Part shown: in pieces, positions 61,090 to 64,000 of the stretch | How the letters are laid out: every line of letters begins with the position of its first letter | How positions within the stretch are numbered: position 1 is the first letter of the stretch | Source: Candidatus Omnitrophota bacterium | GTDB lineage: Bacteria > Omnitrophota > Gorgyraeia > Duberdicusellales > 4484-171 | DNA length: 64,000 nucleotides | Direction of reading: 5' to 3' | NCBI GenBank assembly: GCA_020343495.1 | Contig: CP070797.1 | Span: forward strand, 1,510 to 65,509 | Made by a program: the position numbers and the translations under genes | Notes under the pieces: generated by a model | What the model saw: the letters and a program-made list of their open reading frames with translations, nothing else | Databases searched by the model: none | What the model was told of the DNA's origin: nothing

Positions 61090-62259
61090 TTAAAAATACT
61101 CTCTGTACACTTTTAAAAACCGCTGCTTCAACGATTGTTTCCTTCTATTATGTTCAAGCTCAAGGAAACGATACGCACCGTATTTTAAACAACCGAAAGA
61201 ACAAGATTCGCTTCTATGCCCCAGCGGGGAGGTGGTTTTTATCTGGTAAGGAATAAATTCCTTAAGAAAACTATAAAATCCTTCCTTGCCGTTCAGCCTG
61301 CCGACAAAAGAAAGGATAAAGGTGCTTGCGCCTATTTTCTGCCTTATCCTCTCCAGGATAAAGTTAACTTCTCCCTTTATATACTCTCTCACAAATGAAT
61401 TTAGAGCCTGGGTACTTAAGTTCACATAAGTGTTTGCCTTCTTAATGCTTATCTCTTTATAATAAGGAACGTTTTTAAAAGAAATATATCTAGAAAACAC
61501 TTCTTGAGCCAACGCCGGAGAAAGAAGAAACCTCTTCTCTATTGCGCTGATAATCTTTCTTGCCCCAAAATCAAATTCTCCTCCAACCTCTAAAGCCCCT
61601 TCTTTATAAACTACAAAATGGCTGCTCTCGTAACCGGCATTAATCACGCAAAGGGTGTTTTTCTCATTTTTCCTCACATACCCTTCTGTAAAAGAAGCGG
61701 CTAAACTGCTGGCGTCAGAAGAAACAAACCCCCCAAAATTTCTATCTAAATTATCAAAAATATCCTCTACTTCCCTGTGCAGCTTATCTTTAACCCACAC
61801 CAGCAAGGATTTTAACTTTATCTTTTTAGCGGCAACTCCTAACGGTAAATTGCCGTAAAGATTACCTTCTATCTCGCAACCTAAAATAAAATTATGGACA
61901 CAGAAATCATCCCAATCTAAAAATATATCGGCAATTTGTTTCTTGGCAAAAACCAAATCAGCCGGTTTAACTTTTTTCCTTCTCCTTAAAGGAACGACGT
62001 CTTCAACCAGCCGTTTTTTTTCTAACTGCCGCGGCAGGTTAAGAAAAACTTTCTCAACTTTCAACGATAACCTTCTTTCCTCCTCTATTATTGCCTGATT
62101 TAAATTCTCTGAATTTTTTTTAAAATAATCTAAAAAGGCGCCGCAGCCTGCCGGCTCCAGCTCAATTTCCCTTAAAAAACCAATGCGGCCTCCTCGCAAA
62201 GATGCAAGAGAAATAAATACTTTATCTTTATTTATGTCTATACCGCAAATCCCCCGCAT
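61090..62259 (-). CDS. Divergent FtsA-like actin-fold protein at the ftsA position of the dcw cluster
   Basis: Synteny: ddl-ftsQ-this gene. FtsA-like order of elements: ICGIDINKDKVFISLAS; VHNFILGCEIEG...LPLGVAAKKIKL; LCVINAGYESSHFVVYKEG; FGARKIISAIEK. The phosphate-binding motifs are degenerate (DINKD instead of DIGT; INAGYESS instead of DIGGGTT). Confidence 0.5.
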   Translation of the reverse strand: MRGICGIDINKDKVFISLASLRGGRIGFLREIELEPAGCGAFLDYFKKNSENLNQAIIEEERRLSLKVEKVFLNLPRQLEKKRLVEDVVPLRRRKKVKPADLVFAKKQIADIFLDWDDFCVHNFILGCEIEGNLYGNLPLGVAAKKIKLKSLLVWVKDKLHREVEDIFDNLDRNFGGFVSSDASSLAASFTEGYVRKNEKNTLCVINAGYESSHFVVYKEGALEVGGEFDFGARKIISAIEKRFLLSPALAQEVFSRYISFKNVPYYKEISIKKANTYVNLSTQALNSFVREYIKGEVNFILERIRQKIGASTFILSFVGRLNGKEGFYSFLKEFIPYQIKTTSPLGHRSESCSFGCLKYGAYRFLELEHNRRKQSLKQRFLKVYREYF

Positions 62260-62283
62260 AATTTAGCTCTTACTTTTTACTTC

Positions 62284-63093
62284 TTATCTCTTATACCCTA
62301 AATAAACTTTTTTATACCTTAAATCTATGTACTTAACCGAAGCTAGGTTGCCTTCTAACTTTTCCTGCAAAACATTGCCAAAAAGATAGAGCTTGCGCTC
62401 AAAATTATCTTTGCCTATAATTACCTTTACTTGGCTGCCCCTGCTGGAATTATCTGCGACAATAAAATACATAGCCTCCGGATAAGTCGCATTTATCAAT
62501 TCCACGGAAAACCTATCAAAGAATTTTTCTTGCTTCAATACTCTCATTAAACCAAAAACATAATTTATCCGCTCATCATCATAAACGCTGCCCCTTCTCA
62601 AAGGTTTATCATAACCGCTAATCTCTACGGCAATAATGCCGACCATTTGGGTTGGCGTTCCGCTGTTAATAATAACTGCCTCTTCATCTATGGGGTAAAA
62701 CTTTTTTTTCCGTATCTGAACAAAAGGGGCTCTTTTCTCTGCTTCTATCTTCAAGAAAGAGGGAAACTCTTTGCGGACATAAATATTTTTGCATTCAGGG
62801 TAATTTTTTACGACGGCAGAGTGAATTGCGGCGGTATCCAGAGCAAATAACGACTGCCCAATAATTGTTCTTTTAAAATTATTGTCTAAATTTACGTCGG
62901 ATTTTACTTCTTTAACTTTAAAAATCGGGGACTCATATATAGCTTTGCCTAAATAGACAATACCGGCTAAAGACACCAGAGAAAAAAATAACATCCAAAT
63001 ATATTTGTTAGTAATCCTGAAGTCGTCTCTGCGCCACCTCAACTTAAAGTATTTACGCCTTCTTCTATATCTTCTTCGCCTGTATTTTCTCAT
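62284..63093 (-). CDS. ftsQ: FtsQ-like (POTRA) cell-division protein with a poly-Arg N-terminus
   Basis: MRKYRRRRYRRRRKYFKLRWRRDD, then TM IWMLFFSLVSLAGIVYLG, then POTRA-like FKVKEVKSDVNL... It follows ddl and overlaps it by 29 nt. Confidence 0.7.
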   Translation of the reverse strand: MRKYRRRRYRRRRKYFKLRWRRDDFRITNKYIWMLFFSLVSLAGIVYLGKAIYESPIFKVKEVKSDVNLDNNFKRTIIGQSLFALDTAAIHSAVVKNYPECKNIYVRKEFPSFLKIEAEKRAPFVQIRKKKFYPIDEEAVIINSGTPTQMVGIIAVEISGYDKPLRRGSVYDDERINYVFGLMRVLKQEKFFDRFSVELINATYPEAMYFIVADNSSRGSQVKVIIGKDNFERKLYLFGNVLQEKLEGNLASVKYIDLRYKKVYLGYKR

Positions 63094-63994
63094 TTAAACC
63101 TAACCTCACCATTTTTAAAACCAACTCATCAAACCCTATGCCGCAACATTTCGCTGAAAGGGGAAGAAGGCTGTGCGAAGTTAACCCCGGGATTGAATTA
63201 ACTTCCAGCACAAAAGGATTGCCTAAAGCATCTAACACCAAATCCACTCTGGAGGAATGGCGGCACCCTAAAACACAATGCGCTGCCAGACCTTGCGCCT
63301 GAATTTTTTCATAAAGGCTTCTCTTTAACTGCGGGTCTGTTTTTAACTGAACTGCCCCCTCTCTATATTTAGAATTAAAATCAAAAAATCCTTCCTTAGG
63401 GACAATTTCTACCACCCCTAAAGGTTTATTATCCAAAATCCCTACGGTGAATTCTCTGCCTTCAATATACTCCTCCAAAAATATTTTAGTCTGTAAAGAC
63501 GAGGCTGATTTTAACGCTTCCTGCAGCTGGCGTTGGTCTCTTACAACAGAAACTCCCAAACTGGAACCGCCGCAACACGGTTTTACTACGAGGGGATACT
63601 TAATGTCCGCAGGGACATCTTGCCATAAATAATACGCGGCGGTGGCAATACCTTCTCTTAAGAATATCTCTTTAGAAGAAACCTTATTGGCTGCCAGAGA
63701 ACTTGCCTGCGGCCCTGACCCGGTGTAAGGAAGCTCTAACTCTTCTAGAATCTGCTGGATTTGACCATCCTCTCCAAATTCGCCGTGAAGAGCAATAAAC
63801 GCCACATCAATATTATGTTGGCAAATCAGCTCTTTTACCTTTTCTTTCTGCGAAGTAAAAATATCTATAAAAACTACCGCAACGCCATTCCTTTCTAAAG
63901 ATTTAACCACTTCTCCCGCTGAAATAAAAGAGATTTCCCTTTCAGGCGAAACCCCTCCGCCTAACACCCCTACTTTAATATCTTTTACTGCCAT
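63065..63994 (-). CDS. ddl: D-alanine--D-alanine ligase
   Basis: KVGVLGGGVSPEREISFISA...ALHGEFGEDGQIQ...PLVVKP...GSSLGVS...LEVNSIPGLT. Confidence 0.9.
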   Translation of the reverse strand: MAVKDIKVGVLGGGVSPEREISFISAGEVVKSLERNGVAVVFIDIFTSQKEKVKELICQHNIDVAFIALHGEFGEDGQIQQILEELELPYTGSGPQASSLAANKVSSKEIFLREGIATAAYYLWQDVPADIKYPLVVKPCCGGSSLGVSVVRDQRQLQEALKSASSLQTKIFLEEYIEGREFTVGILDNKPLGVVEIVPKEGFFDFNSKYREGAVQLKTDPQLKRSLYEKIQAQGLAAHCVLGCRHSSRVDLVLDALGNPFVLEVNSIPGLTSHSLLPLSAKCCGIGFDELVLKMVRLGLNEKIQAKKI

Positions 63995-64000
63995 CTACGG

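Noticed and set aside
1-64000. Mobile elements, prophage, tRNA or rRNA genes
   Set aside because: I recognised no transposase, integrase or phage structural motifs in any frame. There are no terminal inverted repeats flanking a gene block. The few intergenic regions longer than 100 nt contain no tRNA-like T-arm or anticodon-stem patterns.

Overview
64-kb window of moderate-to-low GC (judged by eye). Every gene I can support lies on the minus strand: about 45 tightly packed CDS, many overlapping by 4-30 nt.

In transcription order (right to left):
- End of a dcw cluster (ddl, ftsQ, a divergent ftsA-like gene) with no ftsZ following.
- A CheY-like receiver and an HD-GYP protein.
- Envelope and glycolipid genes (GT28, LpxL-like acyltransferase, GT2), then pcm and cobO.
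- A nitrogen/redox block: nfnA-like, nfnB/gltD-like, gdhA, glnA, GAF-ANTAR. It sits behind a promoter-proximal terminator.
- fxsA, a Cys-phosphatase, a Kef-EIIA fusion and a REC-GGDEF-MshEN fusion.
- A NupC-family transporter, a cupin, a tungsten-type AOR, an aldolase-like gene and a U32 peptidase.
- Small accessory genes (NTase, NYN, MarC, MerR-like).

The standout locus follows:
- An ExeA/MshM-like ATPase, a PilP/GspC-like protein, two tandem secretin paralogs and two TPR/coiled-coil proteins.
- A NarX/NarL-type two-component pair and a parvulin/SurA-like chaperone.
- A putative terminator and a separate promoter.
- A 98-aa Trp-rich heptad-repeat ORF that ends 6 nt before a 22.3-kb ORF (7,444 aa).
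- That giant ORF is built from DUF2341-like, LamG, Ig-like and beta-propeller modules in a nested arrangement repeated four times.
- 99 nt downstream, a second gene with the same ~690-aa N-terminal head runs off the left edge.

I saw no rRNA, tRNA, CRISPR array, transposase or integrase.

The gene content (AOR, Nfn-like pair, secretins) suggests an uncultivated anaerobic diderm. A giant ORF next to secretion genes is reminiscent of what I recall being reported for Omnitrophota, but taxonomy cannot be established from this window.

All domain calls are by-eye motif recognition, not database searches.
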